The notes beneath the pieces are model-generated. The model saw only the letters and a list, made by a program, of their open reading frames with translations. It was not told the DNA's origin and did no database searches. The translations under genes and the position numbers were made by a program. A stretch of DNA of 64,000 bases, from positions 140,600 to 204,599 of the forward strand of contig JBGAUV010000002.1 in the NCBI GenBank assembly GCA_044228445.1. The letters are read 5' to 3'. Shown piece by piece: positions 29,434-38,999 of the stretch (position 1 is its first letter; every line of letters begins with the position of its first letter). This stretch comes from Minisyncoccia bacterium. Lineage in GTDB: Bacteria; Patescibacteriota; Minisyncoccia; Phycocordibacterales; PALSA-1337.

Positions 29434-30702
29434 ATGAATGATATAAACCAGAAAAAAGTTTCATACATCCTTTCAGGGTTGCTTGTAGTTGTAGTAGTTT
29501 TTTTTATAGGAAAATATATTGGTCAGAGAGATTTATTAACTGATACTAGATCAATAAGAATTCCTGATGGAATAGAGATTACAAATGAACAATTTGAACC
29601 TTTTTGGAAGGTTTGGAAAGTTATAAATGATAAATTTGTTACAGCTACTACTACAGATTCACAAAAAAGAGTTTATGGAGCTATTCAAGGTCTAGCTAGT
29701 TCACAAGGTGATCCATATACAGTTTTCTTTCCTCCAGAAGAAAATACAAATTTCAAAAGTGATATAGCAGGAAATTTTGAAGGAGTAGGTATGGAAATTG
29801 GTCTCAAAGATGGCATGTTAACTGTAGTTTCTCCTTTGAAAGGTAGCCCAGCAGAAAAGGCAGGTGTACGTCCAGGTGAAAAAATAATTAAAATAAATGA
29901 TAAAGTTGTAGGTGATTTGCCAGTTGAAAAGGCAGTAAAAATGATAAGGGGACCAAAGGGAACTATAGTAAAAATTACCTTTGTAAAGCCAAGTGGAGAA
30001 CAAGTAGAGCGACCAATTACCCGTGATGTTATAGACATACCAACTATAGAAAAAGGACTAAAGAATTCAAGTTCAAACATAGGTAGCACAACTGCTTCAA
30101 CAAATAATCCAAATAAAATAGGTGATGTATATACAGTTAGACTATATAGCTTTACTGCTCAATCCCCAAGACTATTTAGAGAAGCTATGAGAGATTTTGT
30201 ATTATCAGGTTCACATAAACTCATAATAGATCTACGCGGTAACCCAGGAGGCTATTTGGATGCAGCTTGGGATATGGCAAGCTGGTTTCTACCTGTTGGA
30301 GCAACTGTTGTAACAGAAGACTTTGGCGGCAAAGCAACAAATCAAGTATATAGAAGTAAAGGATACAATATTTTTGATAAAAATCTTAAATTATTAGTAT
30401 TAGTAGATGGAGGTTCAGCCTCTGCTTCAGAAATTCTTGCTGGTGCATTAAAAGAGAATGGTGTAGCAAGACTAGTTGGTAGCAAAACATTTGGAAAAGG
30501 ATCTGTTCAAGAACTTGTGCCTATAACTGAAGATACATCATTTAAAGTAACTATAGCTCGTTGGCTAACACCTAGTGGACACAATTTGTCACATGACGGT
30601 TTGGTGCCTGACTTTGAAGTAAAACCAAGTCAAAAAGACATAGATGCCAAAAAAGATGTTGTAATGGATAAGGCACTTGAAATTTTGAGCAAAGAGCAAT
30701 AG
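29434..30702 (+). CDS. S41 family C-terminal processing peptidase (CtpA/Prc-like)
   Basis: PDZ domain GVGMEI; DLRGNPGG; SASASEI; FGKGSVQ. Confidence 0.95.
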   Translation: MNDINQKKVSYILSGLLVVVVVFFIGKYIGQRDLLTDTRSIRIPDGIEITNEQFEPFWKVWKVINDKFVTATTTDSQKRVYGAIQGLASSQGDPYTVFFPPEENTNFKSDIAGNFEGVGMEIGLKDGMLTVVSPLKGSPAEKAGVRPGEKIIKINDKVVGDLPVEKAVKMIRGPKGTIVKITFVKPSGEQVERPITRDVIDIPTIEKGLKNSSSNIGSTTASTNNPNKIGDVYTVRLYSFTAQSPRLFREAMRDFVLSGSHKLIIDLRGNPGGYLDAAWDMASWFLPVGATVVTEDFGGKATNQVYRSKGYNIFDKNLKLLVLVDGGSASASEILAGALKENGVARLVGSKTFGKGSVQELVPITEDTSFKVTIARWLTPSGHNLSHDGLVPDFEVKPSQKDIDAKKDVVMDKALEILSKEQ

Positions 30703-30730
30703 TATTAGGTTATAATAATTAAATAAAAAC

Positions 30731-31174
30731 ATGAAAGTAATACTACTTAAAGACATTCCTAAGATTGGAAAGAAATACGATATAAAAAACGTTGCTGATG
30801 GTTATGCAATAAACCTACTTATACCAAAGAAATTGGCAATACCAGGTACAAATGAAGCTATAAAAAACATTGAAGTTATAAAGTCAAAGGATGAAGGTGA
30901 AAAGAAAATTCAACAAGAACTTTTAGTAAAGAGTTTAAAAGAACTTGAAGAGGCTAGTATAGTTATAAAAGAAAAAGCTAATGAAAAGGGTCACCTATTT
31001 GCAGGTATTCATAAAGAAGAATTGGCAAAAGAAATTGAAAAGCAAACTAGAGTAAATGTATCACCAAGTTTTATTGAAATGGAACACCCAATAAAAGAAA
31101 TAGGGGAGCATATCGTTACTATCAGTGCTTTAGGTAAAAAGGCAAATATAAAGATTACAGTTGAAGCAAAATAG
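30731..31174 (+). CDS. rplI: 50S ribosomal protein L9
   Basis: MKVILLKDI...VADGYAINLLIP; GHLFAGI. Confidence 0.96.
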   Translation: MKVILLKDIPKIGKKYDIKNVADGYAINLLIPKKLAIPGTNEAIKNIEVIKSKDEGEKKIQQELLVKSLKELEEASIVIKEKANEKGHLFAGIHKEELAKEIEKQTRVNVSPSFIEMEHPIKEIGEHIVTISALGKKANIKITVEAK

Positions 31175-31220
31175 GTTCAATTCTTATATTTAAATTTACA
31201 TTAGACTATATAGTGCATAT

Positions 31221-31252
31221 AACAAAAAAGAGCCTTTCGGCTCTTTTTTGTT
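31221..31252. terminator. bidirectional terminator between rplI and rpmA
   Basis: AACAAAAAAGAGCC-TTTC-GGCTCTTTTTTGTT. Confidence 0.9.
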
Positions 31253-31255
31253 TAT

Positions 31256-31528
31256 CTATATAACGTGAACGATTTTCTTTCTTATTATTGAATTATCGAA
31301 GTGTACTTTTCTTTTTGTACCAAACTTCACAACTCCATCTTTTAGTGCAAATAGGGTATGGTCTTTACCCATGCCAATATTCTTACCAGGAAGTACATCT
31401 GTACCTCTTTGGCGAATAATAATATCACCTACGAACACTGCTTGGCCATCATTAACTTTAACCCCCAGGTACTTGGGATTCGAATCTCGACCATTATCTG
31501 TTGAACCTGCTGCTTTTTTGGTTGCCAT
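31256..31528 (-). CDS. rpmA: 50S ribosomal protein L27
   Basis: [30 protein letters not shown]. Confidence 0.97.
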   Translation of the reverse strand: MATKKAAGSTDNGRDSNPKYLGVKVNDGQAVFVGDIIIRQRGTDVLPGKNIGMGKDHTLFALKDGVVKFGTKRKVHFDNSIIRKKIVHVI

Positions 31529-31675
31529 ACTCTATATTAATTAGTCACAAAAGTATATATTATTAGCCTCAAAAACGCAAGTATAATGGTATTGACAAGT
31601 AAGTCTAGATATGCTAGTATATAGGTATATGAGGTAAAAGTGAGTGTCTTACTTACAAATACCTCATTTTGATTT

Positions 31676-32137
31676 ATGATAGAAATTACTACAAGTGTTG
31701 TATTTCTTTTGTCCTCTATGTATGGTGCCGGTACTGATAAGGTGGATACAGCAGTTGCAATTAACAACAATTCTACCAATAACCAAAATACTCAGGCTGT
31801 AATACTAACAGGTGATCCAAAAGAAGTTGAAAAGTATGTTCGTGAAAAGTATGCAGATACACCTATTCTTATAGAAATAGCCCGTTGTGAATCTACATTT
31901 AGACATGAAGATAAACAAGGTAATGTTTTAAGAGGAAAGGTAGATAAAGCCGATGTGGGTGTGATGCAGATTAATGAGAGATATCACCTTGAAAAAGCTA
32001 AATCACTAGGTTTCGATCTTCATACAATACAAGGTAACACTGCTTATGCAGAATACCTATATGAAAAAGAAGGTGCAAAACCTTGGAGTGCTTCAGCAAA
32101 ATGTTGGAGTAAAAATGATATAGTAGCTAAAAAATAA
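31676..32137 (+). CDS. lysozyme-like/SLT transglycosylase domain protein
   Basis: IARCES (catalytic Glu), DVGVMQIN, PWSAS. Confidence 0.75.
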   Translation: MIEITTSVVFLLSSMYGAGTDKVDTAVAINNNSTNNQNTQAVILTGDPKEVEKYVREKYADTPILIEIARCESTFRHEDKQGNVLRGKVDKADVGVMQINERYHLEKAKSLGFDLHTIQGNTAYAEYLYEKEGAKPWSASAKCWSKNDIVAKK

Positions 32138-32143
32138 ATAATA

Positions 32144-32178
32144 AAACAAAAAACCCACATAATGTGGGTTTTTTGTTT
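32144..32178 (+). terminator. intrinsic terminator
   Basis: AAACAAAAAACCCACA-TAA-TGTGGGTTTTTTGTTT. Confidence 0.85.
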
Positions 32179-32224
32179 GGTAAATTTAATTTGACTCTTT
32201 ACATATATAAATGCTAAAAATCTT

Positions 32225-32467
32225 TTGGAGATGAATATAAGTGATATGTTGGGGAAAAGGGTAATGGTGGTAATTAATGAAATTCAGGAAGGAGGAAAAT
32301 ATGGTCCGATTACTTACATTGGGACACTTATAAAAATTGAAGGTAATATAATTACACTTTTTGCTTTAGTAAATTGTACTGGTAACAAATGGAAACATAT
32401 TGTTGGTGAAATGATGGTAAATATAGAAGCTAAATCTTTTGTAAGCATTAATGAGATTAAACAATGA
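32225..32467 (+). CDS. small hypothetical protein (possible Sm/SH3-like beta fold)
   Basis: LGKRVMV...YIGTL pattern; promoter at 32191; downstream hairpin; true start may be ATG 32231. Confidence 0.55.
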   Translation: MEMNISDMLGKRVMVVINEIQEGGKYGPITYIGTLIKIEGNIITLFALVNCTGNKWKHIVGEMMVNIEAKSFVSINEIKQ

Positions 32468-32580
32468 TATGGCACGAGACGATCGTGTCATTTTCTTTTG
32501 TATATTGACTTATATATCATTTATATGTTATAAGTTTAATAGAAAGACAGAAACAGAAACAATCAAAACAAAGGAAGAAG

Positions 32581-33276
32581 ATGACAAAGGAAGAGATTTT
32601 TGCATTGACCTTGGAAAGTCTTGACATCAAGCTTTTGACTCAAGGGGTTAAGCGACACAATCGAATTACTAGGGGTGAAAAGCTGATTACCGTTGGTGAC
32701 GTGTGTCGAAAGTATCCATACCGTCTCAGAACGAGAATGTATCAAAGGTACAATCAAGAAGACCTTGGTGCTGGTAAAGACACTATCAATGAGTTTAAAA
32801 CTAGACTCGTTAAGCTAGGCTTAACAGCCGACGATTGGCCTGGGCTGGTTCCTCACAATGAACTTTTGCTCCATCTCTCAAAAGCAAAAATTCTGGAGTT
32901 ACCATTCCGGGAAGTGTCTCCCAAATTCGACGATTACTTTCATGCTAGGTTGCGTGAAATGGTTGGGCTAGATAGAGTAACATATAGAGAGAAGCCAGTT
33001 GAAGTGACACTTAAAGATGTCATCCTTACAGATCCAGACACCCTTAGTGAGGATACACACAGATATTTGATTGAACCATACAAACGTAGGTTCATGGTTC
33101 TTCGAATGAAGTTAGTTGCAAGAGGGTTCAATGAAAGTGACGGCCCGTTCTTTAAATGGAATCCTGAACCTGATGCAATTTGGAAAGCGGAAAAAATTCT
33201 CCGTGCTGAAGGTATTAAGGGGAAGAGCCTTACAAGGTTTGCTCAAATCGCGGTTAATCGCGGCTGGGTAACCTGA
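32581..33276 (+). CDS. hypothetical protein with RNA polymerase alpha-CTD-like segments
   Basis: ITVGDVC...GKDTINEFKTRLVKLGL resembles the alpha-CTD; own promoter, SD and terminator. Confidence 0.6.
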   Translation: MTKEEIFALTLESLDIKLLTQGVKRHNRITRGEKLITVGDVCRKYPYRLRTRMYQRYNQEDLGAGKDTINEFKTRLVKLGLTADDWPGLVPHNELLLHLSKAKILELPFREVSPKFDDYFHARLREMVGLDRVTYREKPVEVTLKDVILTDPDTLSEDTHRYLIEPYKRRFMVLRMKLVARGFNESDGPFFKWNPEPDAIWKAEKILRAEGIKGKSLTRFAQIAVNRGWVT

Positions 33277-33292
33277 TCTAATAGGGAAATAC

Positions 33293-33328
33293 AACCGAGC
33301 TCGGACTAATAATCCGGGCTTCGTTTTT
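33293..33328 (+). terminator. intrinsic terminator
   Basis: GAGCTCGGA-CTAATAA-TCCGGGCTT followed by T tract. Confidence 0.7.
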
Positions 33329-33652
33329 TATAGAGGGAACCCTCTTTCCTCTATATAGGCATGTCGTACAATATATCTTTTACGACATTGTGCATAGTAA
33401 AGCTGTAGAGATAAATGAATATTTCAATTTAATTAATCAGTTTAACGTATGGATGTATCAGTATATTCCCTTCACTTATATAAATTCAATTATTTAAATA
33501 TTATTATAATTAATTTATTAAATTTCGTACCCTGTTTATTTAAATTTGTAGTAAATTATACATATTGACATAATATTAATATTCTGTTATTTTATAACAA
33601 ATAGTCAGAGTGGTAATCACTCCCTTAAAACCGAAGAATCAATTTTCTTTCT

Positions 33653-34282
33653 ATGTCCCAAGGATTACATCTTTTACAGTCTCTAAAGCACTCCCTTTCT
33701 CTAAACCAATTTATTGGCGAAAGAAGTGGAGATATTCCAGTTTATTCTTTACACAGAATTAGAACCTGTGTTGCATCCTCACCATTACCTGTGAGTGCAG
33801 AGGTACAGGTTATGTTTTTGCGTGAGGTGATTATCGCCAACAATACTTATCGTGAAGAAAGTGGTAATGATTGGTATTGTCTTACATCGATTAACTTAGT
33901 TTCTGCTCTTGAAGGACTAGAGGCAAGGTTGAAAGAGGTAAATGATCTTGCATTAGAAACATTACCTAAAGGAGTTAAGGATGTTGTTGAACGTGTCCTG
34001 ACTAATGCACGTATAAAGTGCATTCACGATATTCGTGATTGGTTTGAAGCTAATTACGATGATCTTCTGTACAACATGAAAGGCTCAATTCCTTGGCCAA
34101 TTGTACAGAGACTTCGGCGGAGTCTCAGAGCCTGGTCATTTGGTATTGTTGATCCATTCGGGCAAGATATCGAAGATATGGTAATTGAAGTTGCCAAAGA
34201 ACAGGGTCACCATTGTGATGATGCTGAGTCAGCATGGAAAGCAATGGGCGGAAAGATTCTCGGTAAGACAGATAAAAGATGA
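33653..34282 (+). CDS. hypothetical protein
   Basis: 209-aa ORF; TTGACA-17-TATTTT promoter at 33565; terminator hairpin at 34294-34336. Confidence 0.75.
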   Translation: MSQGLHLLQSLKHSLSLNQFIGERSGDIPVYSLHRIRTCVASSPLPVSAEVQVMFLREVIIANNTYREESGNDWYCLTSINLVSALEGLEARLKEVNDLALETLPKGVKDVVERVLTNARIKCIHDIRDWFEANYDDLLYNMKGSIPWPIVQRLRRSLRAWSFGIVDPFGQDIEDMVIEVAKEQGHHCDDAESAWKAMGGKILGKTDKR

Positions 34283-34342
34283 GATCTGTCATCAAAAGTC
34301 CCGTACTACATTAACTTGTGTACGGGTCTTTTTTTATTTGAA

Positions 34343-34597
34343 CTATTTATTCTTAATTGATTCTAGCAGTGGCGTTATAACTCTATCTAGTAGGATATCT
34401 TTTCCTAAATATGTTGTTGGCTTTTTTAAATATTTTTCCCAAACAAAAATTACTTTTTCTGTTACATAAGAAATGTTTTGTCTCGTTTCAGGCTTTTCTA
34501 AAGCCTTTCTGACATCAAAACCATAATACCCTAGTATGATAAGTACAATAAGTATAAGTATTATCCAATTTAGAAAACCGCCTTGTTTATTTTTCAT
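34343..34597 (-). CDS. small membrane protein
   Basis: QGGFLNWIILILIVLIILGYYGFD: prepilin-like G|F followed by a TM helix. Confidence 0.75.
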   Translation of the reverse strand: MKNKQGGFLNWIILILIVLIILGYYGFDVRKALEKPETRQNISYVTEKVIFVWEKYLKKPTTYLGKDILLDRVITPLLESIKNK

Positions 34598-34627
34598 ATT
34601 TTAATTTTAGCACGCTTTAAAATGCGA

Positions 34628-35941
34628 TTAAAGGAATGACAGTGGATTTAGATATGCCTTTGGATCAGCAAGTGGCATTAAAACATTTTTACAATTAGCA
34701 CTACCAGGTAGATAAGTAACTTTTACTCCTTGTGAAGCATAAACCCCAAAATGTAAGTGTGGACCAGTTGAATATCCAGTATTACCTGAATATCCAAGTA
34801 ATTGTCCTGTATCTACTTCATCTCCAACTTTAACTGATTGTAACGATAGGTGTGCATATAGAGTTGAAAGACCATTTGAATGTTTTACCATTATCCATTT
34901 ACCATATGAATAACATCTAGGTGCTAAATCCGTATTGGCTACTCCTATAACTGTACCAGATAAAGCTGAGTATACAGGTGTACCTATAGAAGCCGCAAAG
35001 TCTACACCCGTATGTCCTTTACCGTTGTATACTTGAGGGTTTTTTGTTGCAAAAGGTGTATTACCAAAGTATTGTGTGATTTTTAATTTTTGTAGTGGGG
35101 CAGATAAAACTCCAGTTCCTGTATGTGGAATTTTACTTGGATCAATTGCGATTTTTAGTGCTGATTCATATTCAGCTAATTCCCTTTCAAATGCCTCTTT
35201 TTGACTCTGTTTTGCTGAAACTATTTTTTTATAATTCGCCTCAGTATTCTTTGTAGCTTTTAAAATATTATTCTGTTCATTTACTGTATCTGCAATAATC
35301 TGTTTCTGACTTTTTAATTCTTGTTCAAGTTTCACAAGCTCAACCTTTTTTGTTTCAGTTTTCTTTTTGTTTTGCTCAAGTGAAGTTTTTATACTTTGCA
35401 ATTCATGTATTCTATCCTTTACTTCAGATTGCAGATAAGAAAGTCTATCAATATTTGACCAAGTATCGGTAAAGTCTTTTGCGCCAAGTATATTTTCTAG
35501 TATACTTTTTGGAGACATTACACTTATATTTGAAAGGGATTGAGATATCACTCTTCTACTATCCGTAATCCTATTTTGTTTATCCCCTATTTGGCTAGTC
35601 AACTCTTTTATTTCAAGATTGGTTGCTGATATCTTATTTTCCGTAATTGCTAGATCAGCTTCAAGTTTCTTTTTAGATAAAGTTAATTCGCTAAGTGTCT
35701 TTTTTAGTGAATCTGCTTCTTTACCTAGTGATTCTATTTGGCTTTGATAACCTTGTATTTCTTGTTCTAGTTGCTTTATGTTTTCATTTTTTTGATCTAT
35801 TTTTGATTTTATATCTTGTACTAGAGTTTTTGAGGTGTTTTGCGCAAAACTGTATTTATATAAAGATAAAATAATTATTGTTATAAATAATATAGCAAAT
35901 AATATTTTAAGAGTTTTTTTATTTTGCTTATATTGAATCAT
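34628..35941 (-). CDS. coiled-coil M23 family peptidase (EnvC/CwlO-like)
   Basis: Long coiled coil; HTGVD, YAHL, GYSTGPHLHF. Confidence 0.93.
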   Translation of the reverse strand: MIQYKQNKKTLKILFAILFITIIILSLYKYSFAQNTSKTLVQDIKSKIDQKNENIKQLEQEIQGYQSQIESLGKEADSLKKTLSELTLSKKKLEADLAITENKISATNLEIKELTSQIGDKQNRITDSRRVISQSLSNISVMSPKSILENILGAKDFTDTWSNIDRLSYLQSEVKDRIHELQSIKTSLEQNKKKTETKKVELVKLEQELKSQKQIIADTVNEQNNILKATKNTEANYKKIVSAKQSQKEAFERELAEYESALKIAIDPSKIPHTGTGVLSAPLQKLKITQYFGNTPFATKNPQVYNGKGHTGVDFAASIGTPVYSALSGTVIGVANTDLAPRCYSYGKWIMVKHSNGLSTLYAHLSLQSVKVGDEVDTGQLLGYSGNTGYSTGPHLHFGVYASQGVKVTYLPGSANCKNVLMPLADPKAYLNPLSFL

Positions 35942-37232
35942 AGGCAGATTTTAGTCTTGCCAAAGTCTCTTTTTTCCCAATTATTGAAGAAATAACAAAT
36001 GGATCAGGAGATTTGTCTTTACCAGATAGAGCATAACGCATAGGCCAAAGAACATTTCCTTTTCCATTCTTTTCAGCATAAGGCCATATAAGATCTTTTA
36101 TTTCCTGTTGAGTAAAGTTTTCATTTAGACCACTCATCATTTCTATTACACTACCAATATGACTTTTAGTTATACTTATATCCTTTTCTTGTTTCCACAT
36201 TAACTTTTCTCTTTCATATTTTGCTACTGATTTTATAAAAGAAAGTTCATCATCAAATAGACTAGGTATTTGGCTAAAGTACTGAACTTTTTCTCTAAGT
36301 AAAGGTAAAACTTTATTTGATATTTTTTCTGAAGAGAAAATATCACAGTATTTTATAAAGTCTTCATCAGAGAGCTTTTCTATATATTGTCTATTCATCC
36401 AATTTAATTTTTCTTCATTGAATATTGCTCCGGACTTGTGAACTTTATCAAGACTAAATTCCTTTATAATTTCTTGTAGAGACATTATTTCTCTCTCATC
36501 TCCAGGATTCCAGCCCAAGAAAGCCATGTAGTTTATAATTGCTTCATTTAAATATCCTCTATTTTTGTATTCACTTATCGGTAAAGCACCCTTTCTTTTT
36601 GAGAGTTTTGATCTGTCTGAACCTAGAACTAAGGGTATGTGTGCATACTGAGGTAAACTTGCTCCTAAAGCTTCATATATGAGAATTTGGCGTGGTGTAT
36701 TTGATATATGGTCTTCACCTCTAATAATGTGAGTTACACTCATATCATTATCATCAACAACTACAACAAGATGAAATACTGGTTCATCAAAACTCTTTGC
36801 AATAACAAAATCACCAAGTTCTGTCGTATCAAATTCTACTTTACCTCTTATTATATCAATCCAAGTTACTTTTTTATTTGGATTTTTAAACCTTATTACT
36901 TCACTTCTCCCACCCTCTTCTTTTGGAGTCTCTTTTGAAATATATGCATGACCATTGGCTATTAATTTTTCAATAGCTTTTTTGTGTATATCTACTCTTT
37001 CACTTTGTCTATAGAATTCATCATAATCAAGATTCATCCATTTTAAACTCTCAACTATATTATCTTCATATTCTTTTTTTGATCGAGCTTTATCTGTATC
37101 TTCTATTCTTAATATAAATTTACCACCATTTTTTTTAGCATAAATATATGCAAAAAGAGCAGTTCTATAACTTCCTACATGAAAAAGTCCTGTTGGTGAT
37201 GGTGCAAATCTTGTTACAACTCTATTATTCAT
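35928..37232 (-). CDS. gltX: glutamate--tRNA ligase
   Basis: RFAPSPTG, LRIEDTD, IRGEDH, KLSKR. Confidence 0.96.
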   Translation of the reverse strand: MNNRVVTRFAPSPTGLFHVGSYRTALFAYIYAKKNGGKFILRIEDTDKARSKKEYEDNIVESLKWMNLDYDEFYRQSERVDIHKKAIEKLIANGHAYISKETPKEEGGRSEVIRFKNPNKKVTWIDIIRGKVEFDTTELGDFVIAKSFDEPVFHLVVVVDDNDMSVTHIIRGEDHISNTPRQILIYEALGASLPQYAHIPLVLGSDRSKLSKRKGALPISEYKNRGYLNEAIINYMAFLGWNPGDEREIMSLQEIIKEFSLDKVHKSGAIFNEEKLNWMNRQYIEKLSDEDFIKYCDIFSSEKISNKVLPLLREKVQYFSQIPSLFDDELSFIKSVAKYEREKLMWKQEKDISITKSHIGSVIEMMSGLNENFTQQEIKDLIWPYAEKNGKGNVLWPMRYALSGKDKSPDPFVISSIIGKKETLARLKSAYDSI

Positions 37233-37298
37233 AATTGTTGTATTATAACAAAAAAGTACCCTTTTAGGTACCTTTTTGTAACATATTAGGTATTATAA

Positions 37299-37802
37299 TT
37301 AACCTTTTATTTCTGTAACGCTTGATGTTGCTCTGAAAAGCTTCATTATGATACCTCCCTTTGAATCCTTTAGAGGAGCATCTTTTGAAGCATCAAATTT
37401 CTTATCTCCATCATCTGAATGAAGCATAGCGTAATACATCATTCCTTCTTTTGTGTTCTCCTTTAGATTTACTTTTCCTGGGTTAATTCCTTTGTCAAAA
37501 TATGTATATCCTATTACATCTCCTGGTTTTCCATTGTTATCTTTATGTATAACAATCCAACCTGGTGCAGCAAACTGTGCTGAAGAAATATATACTATAT
37601 TTCCTGGATATTGATCTGAGACTACAACACGATTAACTTCTTTTGTAGATGAATCATCGTTATCAACTACTGATGAATTTGTGTCTGAAGGTGACTTTGA
37701 ATCTGTTCCTTTGTACATGTAATAACCAAGTACTACTAGTATTATTATTACAACTACTGTAACAAACCATTGCCATCCCTTTATACCTTGATTTGGTTCC
37801 AT
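37299..37802 (-). CDS. membrane-anchored hypothetical protein
   Basis: N-terminal TM; GWIVIH...YAMLHSDDGD. Confidence 0.75.
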   Translation of the reverse strand: MEPNQGIKGWQWFVTVVVIIILVVLGYYMYKGTDSKSPSDTNSSVVDNDDSSTKEVNRVVVSDQYPGNIVYISSAQFAAPGWIVIHKDNNGKPGDVIGYTYFDKGINPGKVNLKENTKEGMMYYAMLHSDDGDKKFDASKDAPLKDSKGGIIMKLFRATSSVTEIKG

Positions 37803-37872
37803 TTGTTTTAAAATTAATTATAAATCTCTAATAATTTAATATTATAGGATATGACCTATATTACCATATTTA

Positions 37873-38997
37873 CTAGTCGTGTTCCAGCCCAATTTCAAGT
37901 AAAGCATCAGCAATTTTGATAGGTGCATCAGAATGGCTAAATTGCTTGGCGGATTCGGACATTCGACTTGAAATATGCTGATTATTCATGATTCTGTCAA
38001 TCTCTGATATTAAAATATGTGAGCTTAAATTATGCTCCTCAATAACTGTGCAAGCACCTGATCTAGCGTAAGAAAAAGCATTTTCTACTTGATCATGGCT
38101 AATTTCTTTTGGTAAAGGAATAATAATTGAAGGTAAACCCCAACTAGCAATTTCAAATATTGATGATCCACCTCTTGAAACTACGATACTCGATACCCCA
38201 GCAGACATTCTCATTGATAAATCATTTAAATAATCAAAAGGATGATAACGAAGTATTTTATCATTATCCTTTAAAACTACTTTTGCTGTTTCTTTTACAG
38301 ATTCAAAATTCTTTTTACCAGTTTGGTGAATAATTTCATATCTATTTACCAATTCTGATAATGAATCAATAACAGCATCATTTATTTTTTGAGATCCTTG
38401 TGAACCTCCTAGAACTAAAATTACTGGTGTACTTTCTTCTAAATTTAATAATTGTCTAGCTCCGTTTGTTAGTTTATCTTTTACTTCTTTTCTAATTGGC
38501 ATACCTGTAAATGCCACTTTTTCTTTCGGAAAATATTCGATTGATTCAGGATATGATATAGCTATTTTTTTTGCAAACTTCCCTGCCCATTTATTTACAA
38601 TACCTGGACTTGTATCTGACTCATGGATTATTACAGGAATACCAAGTATTCTAGCCGCCACTAATGCTGGAAAACTTCCATGCCCCCCTTTACCAAAGAC
38701 CACATCAGGATAAATTCTATACATTTTTATAGTTGCAATTACAATACCCCAAATAGTTTTAAATAAATCAAAAAAATTTAATATTGAAAAATATCTTCTC
38801 CATTTTCCGGCTGTAATACCTACATATTCAATATCATTATCAAAAAGCGCTTTAGGGTTGTATTTTCCTGGAGCCATAAAGTATAGACTTGGCTTTAGAA
38901 TTTTTCTTTCTTTTGCTCTATCGTATATTGATTCAGCAATAGCAATTATCGGATAAAAATGTCCACCTGTCCCTCCTCCTGTAAAAAGTATTTTCAT
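37873..38997 (-). CDS. murG: UDP-GlcNAc:lipid I GlcNAc transferase
   Basis: GGGTGGH, KGG, HES, GGSQG, HDQVENA. Confidence 0.96.
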   Translation of the reverse strand: MKILFTGGGTGGHFYPIIAIAESIYDRAKERKILKPSLYFMAPGKYNPKALFDNDIEYVGITAGKWRRYFSILNFFDLFKTIWGIVIATIKMYRIYPDVVFGKGGHGSFPALVAARILGIPVIIHESDTSPGIVNKWAGKFAKKIAISYPESIEYFPKEKVAFTGMPIRKEVKDKLTNGARQLLNLEESTPVILVLGGSQGSQKINDAVIDSLSELVNRYEIIHQTGKKNFESVKETAKVVLKDNDKILRYHPFDYLNDLSMRMSAGVSSIVVSRGGSSIFEIASWGLPSIIIPLPKEISHDQVENAFSYARSGACTVIEEHNLSSHILISEIDRIMNNQHISSRMSESAKQFSHSDAPIKIADALLEIGLEHD

Positions 38998-38999
38998 AT

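Noticed and set aside
33329-33560. AT-rich intergenic region with two small hairpins (TATAGAGG/CCTCTATA and ATGTCGTA/TACGACAT)
   Set aside because: No ORF, repeat periodicity or recognisable RNA motif
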